Of a stretch of 59,062 nt of DNA, positions 12,335 to 24,328 are shown piece after piece. The first letter of the stretch is position 1, and each line of letters opens with the position of its first letter. The notes beneath the pieces are model-generated. The model was given only the letters and a program-made list of their open reading frames with translations. It made no database searches and was not told where the DNA came from. Both the position numbers and the translations under genes were made by a program. The DNA lies in assembly GCA_002269645.1 (NCBI GenBank), contig NIVC01004124.1, positions 1 to 59,062 of the forward strand. The letters are read 5' to 3'. Source of the DNA: Macrostomum lignano. Taxonomy: Eukaryota.

Positions 12335-13530
12335 CCCGTCACCCATAAACCCTTCCCTACCCTCCGATCCGTCACCCATAAACCCTTCCCTACCCTCCGA
12401 TCCGTCACCCATAAACCCTTCCCTAATCCCTACCCTCCGATCCGTCACCCATAAACCCTTCCCTAATCCCTACCCTCCGATTCTTTACCCATGAACCCTT
12501 CCCTAATCCCTACCCTCCGATTCTTTACCCATAAACCCTTCCCTAATCCCTACCCTCCGATTCTTTACCCATAAACCCTTCCCTAATCCCTACCCTCCGA
12601 TTCTTTACCCATAAACCCTTCCCTAATCCCTACCCTCCGATTCTTTACCCATAAACCCTTCCCTAATCCCTACCCTCCGATCCGTCATCCATGAACCCTT
12701 CCCTAATCCCTACCCTCCGATTCTTTACCCATAAACTCTTCCCTAATCCCTACCCTCCGATCCGTCACCCATGAACCCTTCCCTAATCCCTACCCTCCGA
12801 TTCTTTACCCATAAACCCTTCCCTAATCCCTACCCTCCGATTCTTTACCCATAAACCCTTCCCTAATCCCTACCCTCCGATCCGTCACCCATGAACTCTT
12901 CCCTAATCCCTACCCTCCGATTCTTTACCCATAAACTCTTCCCTAATCCCTACCCTCCGATCCGTCACCCATGAACCCTTCCCTAATCCCTACCCTCCGA
13001 TTCTTTACCCATAAACCCTTCCCTAATCCCTACCCTCCGATCCGTCACCCATGAACCCTTCCCTAATCCCTACCCTCCGATCCGTCACCCATGAACTCTT
13101 CCCTAAACCCTACCCTCCGATCCGTCACCCACGAACCCTTCCCTAATCCCTACCCTCCGATCCGTCACCCATGAACCCTTCCCTAATCCCTACCCTCCGA
13201 TTATTTACCCATGAACCCTTCCCTAATCCCTACCCTCCGATCCGTCACCCATAAACCCTTCCCTAATCCCTACCCTCCGATTCTTTACCCATGAACCCTT
13301 CCCTAATCCCTACCCTCCGATTCTTTACCCATGAACCCTTCCCTAATCCCTACCCTCCGATCCGTCACCCATGAACCCTTCCCTAATCCCTACCCTCCGA
13401 TTCTTTACCCATAAACCCTTCCCTAATCCCTACCCTCCGATTCTTTACCCATAAACCCTTCCCTAATCCCTACCCTCCGATTCTTTACCCATAAACCCTT
13501 CCCTAATCCCTACCCTCTGATCCCTCACCT
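12335..13530. repeat. 40-bp C-rich minisatellite CCCATAAACCCTTCCCTAATCCCTACCCTCCGATTCTTTA
   Basis: About 29 copies; rows 120 nt apart are identical. Confidence 0.96.
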
Positions 13531-13615
13531 ATGAACACCACCGATCCTTCACTCATAAATCCTACCCGATCCTTAACTCATAGACCTACGCATACAAAAG
13601 TAAAAAGCTCACCAA

Positions 13616-14020
13616 TTAATCAGTTTTGCTCCTCTCCGCAAGCTCCAACTGATTCAGATGCCGGGTCAAAGCGTCCAAGTCTAATTGATGCATCATGGTT
13701 GGCAGGCCGCGAATTTTAAACACGGGTATATCGTAGCGCCACACCTGATACCGCTCATTCTCTGGCAAGTCGATGTCAACCCGACGCAGTACAATCCGAC
13801 CAGCGTCGATCAAATGTTGAACCTCTTCAACCGCATCTTCGCACAGAGTGCAACCCGGCCGAGTATACATTGTTAGCACTGCTGGCTGTTCTGGCGAACT
13901 CTGATTCGGCTTGGAACTGGCGGCAAAAGAGCGACTGCTGCTGACCGATAGTAGCTGGGCAAACCGAGCAGCGCCGCCACCGCCACCGCTACTAACGTTT
14001 GAAATTAGTCTGCTGAAAAT
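13616..14020 (-). CDS. C5orf63: Glutaredoxin-like protein, C5orf63/YDR286C (DUF836) type, with putative mitochondrial presequence; no in-frame ATG at the 5' end of the exon
   Basis: VLTMYTRPGCTLCEDAVEEV (CxxC) ... RRVDIDLPENERYQVWRYDIPVFKI ... MMHQLD. The frame is open from 14020 (IFSRLISNVSSGGGGGAARFAQLLSVSSSRSFAASSKP, Arg/Ser-rich with no acidic residues) and is bounded upstream by TAG at 14023-14021. Confidence 0.85.
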   Translation of the reverse strand: MFSRLISNVSSGGGGGAARFAQLLSVSSSRSFAASSKPNQSSPEQPAVLTMYTRPGCTLCEDAVEEVQHLIDAGRIVLRRVDIDLPENERYQVWRYDIPVFKIRGLPTMMHQLDLDALTRHLNQLELAERSKTD

Positions 14021-14030
14021 CTAAATTTGG
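14021..14030 (-). promoter_or_regulatory. Candidate unpaired 3' splice (trans-splice) acceptor of the C5orf63-like gene
   Basis: CCAAATTTAG|ATT: the AG is directly followed by the first in-frame codon of the open frame. No upstream ATG-containing donor exon was found. Confidence 0.45.
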
Positions 14031-14684
14031 CGACAGCACTACTGTTAGTAGAAGGGTCTGCGATGTTAATAAAAATAACGTGATAGAAAAACCTGGCTTC
14101 GATTTCTGATATTTTACTGCCCCGAGGATAAAACTGTGGAGATTTCACTGAATTTTTCTGCTGAAAACAAAACTATCAACACTACTGCAAGTAGCTAAAA
14201 GGAACCCCAAAGACATCTATGACACTAAGCACTTAGAATTTGAATAAACAAAATAAAAACACAAAGAATGTTGAACTACAGATTTATAATAAAATAAACA
14301 TAGCAATTATAGTCAAAGTTATTTGTATTATTTCTATTCGTAATTTTTGTAAGAGTCAGACAGCGTTACAAGTTGCAAAAATATTACACAATGCAATTAT
14401 TTGGAAAAAAAATTGTCTCCAAATATATGGAGAATAGAAAATGCCTTATGACCCACAGTTTATCAATAAGCATGCAGAATACTAGATTATCAGCACGGTG
14501 GTTGCACTACTTAATAAAAGTAGCACTGTAACAGAATTAATTCCTTTTAAAAACATTTAGCTGCACCAGAACATTCAAGGAAAAGACTGGCTTCTTCTTC
14601 TTCAAGATCTTTCCCAGCGGAAAATAAACTGGTTAAACGAACATTCTGGAGACACAGCACTGAGTCACGACACAAGAAGATAGA

Positions 14685-14807
14685 GACAGACACACAGACA
14701 GAGAGACAGACACACAGACAGAGAGACATGCAGGCAGGCAGACAGACAGACACAGACAGAGAGACATGCAGGCAGGCAGACAGACAGACATACAGACAGA
14801 CAGACAT

Positions 14808-14838
<31 letters not shown>

Positions 14839-14839
14839 T

Positions 14840-14936
<97 letters not shown>

Positions 14937-14963
14937 TAGACAGACAGACATTAAGACAGACAT

Positions 14964-15030
<67 letters not shown>

Positions 15031-15098
15031 TACAGACAGACAGACAAACAGACAGACACACAGACAGACAGACAGACAGACATACAGACAGACAGACA

Positions 15099-15174
<76 letters not shown>

Positions 15175-15199
15175 CCAAGACAGACAGACAGACAGACAC

Positions 15200-15235
<36 letters not shown>
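14685..15235. repeat. (CAGA)n microsatellite between CDC16 and the C5orf63-like gene
   Basis: Directly visible. Confidence 0.95.
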
Positions 15236-15239
<4 letters not shown>

Positions 15240-15252
15240 CAAGATACAAGAT

Positions 15253-15331
15253 GAGTCGGCGGAATGGGCAGTGATGCCTCTCGCCGGTTGTGTGACAATG
15301 TCGCTTAAAGTGCGCCAGAGTGCACACAGCC
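15253..15331 (+). mobile_element. SINE family B 3' fragment
   Basis: GAGTCGGCGGAATGGGCAGTGATGCCTCTCGCCGGTTGTGTGACAATGTCGCTTAAAGTGCGCCAG matches 36634-36700. Confidence 0.75.
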
Positions 15332-15528
15332 TCTGCCTAAAACAAAAGAAATTCCCTACAATTTTTTTCTTTACACATGCCAATTCTACTACTGTCATAA
15401 AAAGTAGCCACACGTATCGACACTGGCGGAGAATAGAGAGTGACCTTATCTTATGTAACTAACTGAGTCTGCAAGACTGTTGAATTCCCACTGTACTAAA
15501 ATTGCCGCAGCAAAATATAACAATATAA

Positions 15529-16154
15529 TCAAATATCCATAGAAACGTCTTCCATATCGACACTTTCCACGCTGCCAGCCGACATGGTCAGCTGACGCTG
15601 CTGCTGCTGCTGCCGCAGTCGCATAGCAGAATTCGGCGTCTGTGTGGTAGCCGACTGCAGCCACCGACCGGACAGCGAGGCGCCGCTAGGAGATTCCATA
15701 GCCAACGACGCCGGTTTCCGGTCGGGCAGGTCTTGCCAGTTCATGGTTGGCAAACTGTCGCCCCGATCGCCTAGTAGACAGTCTAACCAGGGCAGGTGAG
15801 TCTCCGCCATCACTTCAACCAGTTTGCTGAGCAATTGCGAACTAAATTTATCGTCAGAGTTTAAACTAAGCGACCGGGTCAGGTGATCAACGGCTCGATC
15901 GAAATCGCCGTTTAAAGCGAACGCGTAGCCAAGAGCTGTCAGGGTGGCTGCGTTGCCGGGATACAGGGACCAGGCTCGCTGGTGGTGCTGGATGGCCTCA
16001 TCGTATCTGTGGTATTGAGAACAATAGCAGTAATAATATCCTGCTTACAAACTATCCGGTTGATTCTATACGTTTTACTGATCAGAATACTATAGCTACT
16101 ACTTATGGTAGTTATGGTATGTTATAGGAGAGGGTTTACTTATGGTATAGGAGA

Positions 16155-16201
<47 letters not shown>

Positions 16202-19200
16202 CAGTTGGTTGTGATTCAGTCAGACACCTCTAGATGCATGTTTAAATATGGTTCACCCGCTGAATGCATTTCTGCTGAGTGATGGCATTCATCGAGACCT
16301 CTACATCTCGCTTGAGCACTAACATGGGTAGCTGCTTGAGCCAAGTTTCTGTCAGCGACTTCACATTATATGGCCTAAATTTTGTTTCACTGCCGCTTTC
16401 AGTGCTGATTCTGCAGGATCCGATAAAGGGTGAATTTGGCGGCAGAAAGCGTCCGACATCTATAGCCGACCGACATCCCAGAAACGTCAAGATGAGCCCT
16501 TGCTTCATCTTTACAAATACAAATGCTCTCCATCATAGCATCGCTGAAAGACCTCCGTTTGACACCTCCTCGAGGCAAGATTCTCAATACGACCAGTTGT
16601 ATTAAACTGTCCAACTATGTGAGACACGGTTCTTCGTGCTCATGGGAAATTGCTGAGATGGGGGATAGCTGAAATCCTGCGACTCATGGGGGTGCTCAAA
16701 TGCATTGAGCCAAAGCTCATAAGGGATCTGATATCTTAAGCTAGACAGCTGGCTTTCAGGCCCATACTTTTTTGCTTGAACAATTTTACTTAACGATTAA
16801 AAAGTGACTTACAAGGTGCTAGTTTATACTATTATTGCTACTAATTTAAAGTACAAAAAGCAAACCTCTTCAATTTCCGGCAGGTGTGCCCGAGATTATT
16901 AAACACGGGCTCCCAGAATGAGCTGGGCATTTCGCCGGACAGTTCATCGATCCGGCCAACAGCCAGCCGGAATTGCTCCTCAGCCTTGGCATAGTCGCGC
17001 GCATTGAAATACGTAACTCCGCGCTCGTGCAATAAGAATGGATCGTTCGGGCACAGTTCAACAGCTTGATCAAAGAATTCGCTAGCCAATGGTAGATTAT
17101 TTGTGAGGCCGTACTCTAAGCCGATGTACAAGTAGGGCACGTGACTGCCCTGCATAGCCTGTATAGCCGTGGTGTAAGCAGCTATGGCCTGATCGTGCTC
17201 AGTGTCCTCAGCTAGAGCGTGGCCAAGAGCGATCCAACCAGGCCCGAAGTAGCGATTCATTCTGGTGCACTTCATCAAGTAGCTACAATGCGTGGGCGGA
17301 TTGTAGCTGAAGTGAACTAATTCGCAACTAGAGTGAACTAAGTCGCAACTAGAGTGAACTAAGTCGCAACTAGAGTGAACTAATTCGCGACTAGAGTGAA
17401 CTAATTCGCAACTAGAGTGAACTAATTCGCAACTAGAGTGAACTAAGTCGCAACTAGAGTGAACTAATTCGCAACTAAAGTGAACTAACTCGCAACTAGA
17501 GTGAACTAAGTCGCAAATAGAGTGAACTAAGTCGCAACTAGAGTGAACTAAGTCGCAAATAGAGTGAACTAAGTCGCAACTAGAGTGAACTAATTCGCAA
17601 CTAAAGTGAACTAACTCGCAACTAGAGTGAACTAAGTCGCAAATAGAGTGAACTAAGTCGCAACTAGAGTGAACTAAGTCGCAAATAGAGTGAACTAAGT
17701 CGCAGCGAGAGTGAACTAATTCGCAACTAAAGTGAACTAAGTCGCAAATAGAGTGAACTAAGTCGCAACTAGAGTGAACTAATTCGCAACTAGAGTGAAC
17801 TAAGTCGCAACTAGAGTGAACTAAAATTAAAAAAACAATTCTGACTAATCCCATCTGGCATCCTAGTTTTGAACTTTGGTATTCTAAACTTGGACTTTAG
17901 AAGATAGTTGAAACGCGCGACAGCCCATCCGCTGAGAATATAGGATATAGGAGTGCTTAAATGTCTAGGTCACGAGTGCACGAGTGTCATAGACATTTAA
18001 GCACTCAAAACCAAGTATTGATCCTATATTCTCAGCGGATGGGCTGCCGCGCGTTTCAACTATGTTCTAATGTACGCGTCTAGACTGAGACCGAGAAAGT
18101 CGCACACACTGCGTCTACTGGTAGTAGAAAGAATGAAATATTTAAACTCACCGTCTAGCCATCTCCTTGTCGTGTATGCACAGATAATAACAGCCAACAG
18201 CGTACCAAGAAATAGGCCTAGACGGATATAATTCAACTAGTTGATGCCCGAGCAAAAACAATTGATTATCTTTGCCTAATTCTTTCAAAGCGGCGATGTG
18301 CAATGGTAGGCAGAGATCGTTAAACGGATCGTTGGCCAATACGCTCGATGTTAATTGTTGGCATTCGTGGAAGTGGCACGCGTAGAAGTAGCGCTCAGCC
18401 AGGCTAGTTACCAGGTCGCCATTGTCCTGAATGAGATTAGGGATGGTATAAAAAGTTTTTTTTATCAATTTGTGCAATTATGCGCACCAACTCCCCATTC
18501 ACAATCACCAAGGCACAGGGCGTTGAGGTGCTATTTTTTACCTCAGAAAACAACAACAAAAAACGCTATGACTATGACTAGTCAGGGCCTTAATCCGTGA
18601 GATGGCCAATTTATTTCAGTGTGCACTAAAATCCACACCTTTTCAGTATGGATGAAAAAGTCAGGGCCGCTGTCTGCCTCCTGCCAACTAACAATAATGA
18701 TAATAGTATTTGCGTGAAGATTGTGGGCATCTTGGCGCCAACGCATTCGGTGACATTGTCCTACAATGAGTGCTGACGGCCACTCTGCACGTACACCCAC
18801 TCATACACACGCTCACACAGGGTGTACATCGACCCCAGGCCAAACCTGCTTTCAATTGAGCGAGCTCACCTTCAGCGCCACAATCGAGTCCGGCACTTCC
18901 AGCTCCTTTGGTGGGCCGTACTTATTAACCCGATTGCCGTACACCAGCTGCAGTAGCTTAGCCTCCTCGGGAGTCTGGCAGGCCTCATCAAAATGCAAAT
19001 TTGCTAATAGTTCGGCCTCCTCGGATGCGCGCAAATTCTGCGAACCGAATAGCGCTTCGAATGCTTCGTAGCAATAGGCATCTTTGCGCAGGGCGTCTAC
19101 AAAGCAGTGAACTGCGCGTGGCCTCACGCCCAGAGATTCGAACACGCGACCTCGTAGCAGAGCCAGCGAACCGGCAAGCGGACGGCATGGCAGACCGAAT

Positions 19201-19661
19201 TCGTCCAACTGTGGCAGCTGTTGCCATTCGGTTGATGCTGTCAAATTATCATCGTCAAGGACCCGACTAGCGCTGGCTAACCATTGGCTGGCATTGAAGC
19301 CGCCAGTGTCAGCAGCCGTGCCGCCATTACCAGCGGCCGCACTGTCTAGCACCGCCAAGGCGTCATTGAATTCGCCACTATCATAGTGGCACAGTGCGGT
19401 CAGATGGCAGCCAGCCACTGTGCGAACGTGCAATTGGCGCTGCTTCAGGTGGTGAATAGCCCGATGATACTGCTTAGTCAAGTACAAGCACTGGCAATAG
19501 TTGTACACATCTTTCGGTTGGCCACGGCTTAAACTAACAAGCTTATCGGCCCAGAATGCGGCAGATTTGTATTGCATTCTGGATAAATAAGATTGCACTG
19601 TGGCGCGCAATCGGTCAACAAGTTGCTGCTCGATACCTGACGGCGCCGGGGTTGCTGACAT
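15529..19661 (-). CDS. CDC16: Anaphase-promoting complex subunit 6 (CDC16/APC6), TPR protein
   Basis: Exons 19661-18870, 18426-18152, 17282-16866, 16006-15529, all GT-AG and in phase. Motifs: YKSAAFWADKLVSLS, SLAERYFYACHF, SWYAVGCYY, ARRYLMKCT, FGPGWIALGH, YLYIGLEYGLTNN, WEPVFNNLGHTCRKLKRYDEAIQHHQRA. No frameshift found. Confidence 0.95.
16157..16198. repeat. (GA)n microsatellite
   Basis: Directly visible. Confidence 0.9.
16242..16700 (-). mobile_element. Possible degenerate, internally deleted Tc1-like transposase remnant in CDC16 intron 3
   Basis: Broken frames give RTVSHIVGQFNTTGRIENL (HTH-like) and a C-terminal QQKCIQRVNHI resembling Tc1/mariner ends. No TIRs or DDE motif identified. 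Confidence 0.3.
17310..17823. repeat. 21-bp minisatellite AGAGTGAACTAAGTCGCAACT
   Basis: About 24 copies, ending ~27 nt from the CDC16 exon 3 acceptor. Confidence 0.95.
17898..18069. mobile_element. Hairpin MITE-like element (~170 bp) in CDC16 intron 2
   Basis: ~49-bp outer arms (TAGAAGATAGTTGAAACGCGCGACAGCCCATCCGCTGAGAATATAGGAT and its reverse complement, 2 mismatches) plus 17-bp inner arms (GAGTGCTTAAATGTCTA). TA at both ends. Confidence 0.75.
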
Positions 19662-19673
19662 AACCGTTGTTGT

Positions 19674-19685
19674 CTGAAATATTAA
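19674..19685 (-). promoter_or_regulatory. Candidate unpaired 3' splice acceptor 12 nt upstream of the CDC16 ATG
   Basis: TTAATATTTCAG|ACAACAACGGTTATG: consensus TTTCAG, in frame with the ATG. Confidence 0.5.
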
Positions 19686-19871
19686 CAGCAGTTTTGAAAT
19701 AATACACCTAGGTATGAAAGGTACGATTTGTAGCTGGTACCAGAACTTACAACGCAGGCACACAAAATGCAAGAACATGGATGAAATTCTTGTCGCCAGC
19801 GCCCTCCAGACCATCGAGATATGGAAAAAATTCTGCCAGAAGGCCAGATTTTTTCAATAAGCACTAGTGTA

Positions 19872-21171
19872 CGAGGGTCAGTCAAAAAGTAATGATAATT
19901 TTGTTCTCACGAGTCTCAAACTTTAAATGGAAATCTACTTTTCAACATAGTCCCCCTCCAGGGTCAGGCACTTCTCCATGCAGTGTCGCCATCTCTCCAG
20001 GCCGTTTGCGTAGAACTCAGGAGGCTGTGATGCAAGCCACTGTACAGTAGCCTTTTTGGCAGCCTCTTTGTCCTCATCTTGGACTCCTTTGATTGCTTCC
20101 TTCAGCTTGGGAAGCAAAAAAAGTCCGAAAGAGCCAAACCAGGGCTATATGGAAGATGCTGGAGGATTTCCCAGCAGAAATCTCGCAGGGCTTCATGGCA
20201 GAGCCGAGAAGTGTGAGCTGGTGCTTTGTCGTGGTGAAAGAGAATCCCAAGGTGCAACTTGCCATGTTGCTTTTTGGCCAGTTCGGTGCGGAGCTTTTAC
20301 AGAAGCGACTCATAATAGGTGGCATTGATGGTCTTCTGGCTTTCCAAGAAGTCCACCGTCACCACTCCCTCAACATCCCAGAGAATTGTCGCCAAGACCT
20401 TCGCTGCAGACCATTCCGAATGGAACTTCTTGGGGCCTGCTGAATCTCGTGGCAGCCACTCCTTGGATTGGACCTTGGACTCGGGATTGCATTGAAATAT
20501 TCATGTTTCATCCCCGGTCACTAAGCGCTGGTAACTGTTTTCTGAATCAGCGTCCAAGCGGTTCAGCAGGTTGATGGCGCACTCAGTGCATTGAACCCGG
20601 TGTTCAGGCCGCAACAGCCGCGGGACCCAGCAAGCACTCAGCTTGCTCAGACCAAGATAGTCCATCACAATGGAGTGAGCACTGCCATGAGCAATGCCCA
20701 CTTTTTCAGCAATATTGTCTATGGTCACGCGCCGATCCAGCTCAATCACTGGCTGCACAGCTACCACATTTTCCCCTGTGCGCGATGTTGTGGGCCTTCC
20801 CGACCGCTGGGCGTCTTCCGTGGACTCTCGGCCTTCCTTAAAAGCCTGAATCCAGCAGTAAATGGTTGGATCTAGTGGAGCAATGTCCCCATAGACCTTC
20901 TTCAAAGCGTCAATGATTTCGGCTGGCTTCCAACCAAGCTATACAAGAAATTTCACGTTAGTATGAGCTTCGATTTTTGAATTTTCCATTGCTTAAAGGA
21001 TATACTGTGATTAGAGTGTCACCATGCAAGCATCAATCACTTTAGAAGAACCAAAACTCTGTCAAATAAAGATCAAAAGATGTTTTTTTCAAATGAAACC
21101 AGTTGCAGTTCAATAACTCTGATATTTTAGGCGGTACAACAAAATTATCATTACTTTTTGACTGACCCTCG
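19872..21171 (-). mobile_element. Full-length (1300 bp) mariner transposon, irritans/Hsmar2-like, with inactivated transposase
   Basis: Perfect 34-bp TIRs (CGAGGGTCAGTCAAAAAGTAATGATAATTTTGTT) with TA on both sides (19870-71, 21172-73). Transposase 20989-19935: MENSKIEAHTNVKFLV*LGWK, RSGRPTT, LSACWVPRLL, LVTGDET*, HHDKAPAH, PYSPGLALSDFF, LEGDYVEK. Three in-frame stops and one frameshift. Confidence 0.95.
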
Positions 21172-24100
21172 TATTTTGCCAAGCCTCCAGTCCAAATCTC
21201 ATCATCACATCGACAAATGTGTCTGGAATTTGATCACTGGCCTTCACCCAAGCGCAGCTTCTAGACCTTCAACATGTAACATCAGGTGACTATGGACACC
21301 CTATTGTGTTATTAAAGTTCGCTATGGACACCCTATAGCAAACTTCAACTGCTAGACATCATCAGCTAGTCTTTCAAGCATTCTGTCATCATCTCAATGC
21401 TGTTGGAACTTTCAACAGATGCTACTAGATGATTACGGACACCACTTTGCTAATTTACTTGATTTTGCTGACCAAGCTTTAATAATGGGCAAACCTCAAC
21501 TGCTTAACATCCTTAGCGAGTCTTTCAAGCATTATATCATCACCTTGACGCCTGTGTCAGACAATGTTCTTGAATTTAATGTACTTATATTGCTCTGTTC
21601 TGGTGCAGCAAAACATTAATACCCCTCTTGGTAGTTTTACTGTTAATCCAAGTTCCATACTTATTTAGTAGCTTATAGTAACCTATTTATATATTATTTG
21701 AAGTATCAATAAGCATTTGGATTTCGAGATTTCTACTGATTGTAAAATTTGAATAATATATATCTATAAATAAGGAATCTGCAAACTTTTGCAACTTCTG
21801 TAGTTTAGAGAGGTGCAGCAATGTAAAAAGTATAAGTAAAGATTTTGATATGCTATTTAATTTGACTTTTTGATTGATGCTAAATTTCATTCTGGTTATT
21901 AATTTGGCACCTTGAATTTAGATAAAAAATGCTTATATAAAAGGCTCACTTATATATAAAATATTCTTCAAAATAAACTAATAGAATTAAAAATTGCTTT
22001 TCTAACAGATAAGCTTGGAAATGCCAAGGCAAATAGATTTTGTTTATTGTTGATAATTGAAAGGTTACTATAAATGCTTAATTTTAAGATTTATTTTTAC
22101 ACACTAAAATTTAAGAAAACAACTATATTAGCATTTTTATAAATATTTTTGATATTATTCTGCTACTTTATTTGTTGCCTTATAAATGGGGGCTGATTGC
22201 TATTTTCTACTAAAACAATAAATGATACTATATTATATAAATTATAATTATATAATTATAAATATGTCATGGCAACCTTTCTATTTAATTTGTTTTTGAA
22301 GCAGATGCCCAAATCAATGCTTAAAAGATATAAATTATTTCCTATCATCAAAATTTTATATATTTAGGATATCCATGTCCATGATGGATAAAATCACTAA
22401 AATGAAACTAGCAAATAACAAATAAGATTATACATATACTACTATAGAATTATTATGTCAGAAAATATAAAAACTTATCTTTTTAGTTCTTTTTAGGTTT
22501 TGATTAGGCCTATTGTCTACTCTATTTTGGTTTACTAAATATATATATAAACAAATGCATAAACTCTGAAACTATATTGGCTATGCAACTTGTTTTATTT
22601 TTTATTCTCTTTTCTTATTGTAAACAATGGCCATTTTATGGATAATATCTAATATAAAATAGCTTAGTGGTAATGTAGCAATGAAATGCAAAGGGAATAA
22701 AAAAGTTGCATATAAGGAATAAAAGGTAAGGGAGCTAAGGCAATATAGGAAGGCAAAAAAGGCTATGTTAAGCTGCAATATATCAAAGTAATCTAGATAT
22801 CTAATAAAAGAAAAAGGATTTCTAGTATTGTTTAGACCTTGCTTCAATAGGGTTCTCTTTTTTTGCTTTGCAATACCTTTTTGCCTTTTCCATTTTTGCT
22901 TTCCTAAACTATAAATTTTTGGCTTTTTGTTTCTTTATTTATTTTGAAATTTAGGCCTACCAAGTAATATTTATACTAAAAAATAATGGTAGGCCTAAGG
23001 CTTAATTACTAGTATAGAACAGAAAATTTTAACAATAGAAAACAAAAACTTTTTTTCTTACTCTAATTCAAAATAGCTAAAGAAAGATATTTAGAAATGG
23101 GCAACATTAGGCCTTAGGGCTAGGCCAAATTGATTTCTATTAATTTAATAATCTAACCTACTTATCTGCTTATACCATAGGATAGGCCTAGGGCCCAACT
23201 TTAAATTTGCAAGATAATATTATTTTCAATTGTCTTAATTAGTATAAAACATAGTATTAGGCCTTAGACTAGGCCAAAATTTTTAATAGGCCTATTTTAG
23301 AAATATTGAAAATAAAAATAGCTAGACCTAATCTCTAACTATAAAAATCAAAACTCTGTCTTTGTATTTGTTTACAATTTTATTTGCTATGGTTATAGAC
23401 TTCAAAACCACTCAACCAATATAGACATTTTTAATTACCTTTTAGGGGTTTGTGCACCTACAAAAACAGCTTTTCTAGGGTGAATGGGGGGCTCTAGCCA
23501 GCAAAGCCCCCTCCTCTGCATTTGCTACTGCTTAGGTGTATAGCCAGTATATATACTTTTAACAAGTTAATTGAATTAGCAAAAATCAATGCAAATTTGG
23601 CTGCAATTCACTTGTAGATCATGACTAGGAAACTAAGAAATACTATAAATACAAAGATTTAAGATCCACTATATTAGAGAGTGCAATGCAAAACTTATAA
23701 TTAGGTAGAACCAGGCAAAAAAACATATTGTCTATATAGGCAAAGAGGTATTATACTTCCAAATTTGCACCTTTGATAAGCAAAGAAATTTGCACCATAT
23801 CTTTAGAATTTGTGCTTTTGCGCCTATGACAATCAAATTTATGCCAGGTGCAAATTTGCACTTGTCGACTTGACTCTAAAGACTATTTAAGTCTTCTTAC
23901 CTAAAAAGTGCAAAAAAACTGCTTAAACATGTGATTTTTTCACTAAATTCTCTATAGGCCTAGTGTTACTTTAGTTTTACCAATCTTCTTTAAATTTGAC
24001 ACAATCAATTTTTTTATATTTTGACACAATTACCTAAAATTTTGAGGTTCAAAGTCAGTCTTGAATGGCATTGTGCACTTTAAGTTAGTCTGCTTTTTTT

Positions 24101-24328
24101 AGCATAGCAACCACTTTAACCTTTATCTTTTTCTCTTTCAATCCCTGGCCTTATGTGGCTAGATGTAGAAAAAAGGGTTTCAAAACTGACTAACTTTGGC
24201 TATTATAAGTTTGCTTTACATAAAGTGATTGACTTCAATTTTGACACAATTCTTCATTGACTTATTCCCTAACTAAATGTAAATTCTCAACTCTGTAACT
24301 CAATCAAGACAGAAATTGTGGCATAGGC

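Noticed and set aside
10299-15462. SVCL and RQTD repeat ORFs
   Set aside because: Translations of (CAGA)n microsatellites.
16841-17854. 337-aa ORF with CDLVHSS repeats
   Set aside because: The repeat part is intronic. Only 17282-16866 is CDC16 coding.
21174-21620. Coding-like remnant beside the mariner (66-aa ORF at 21419)
   Set aside because: Multiple stops and no motif I could assign; possibly an old TE, left unresolved.
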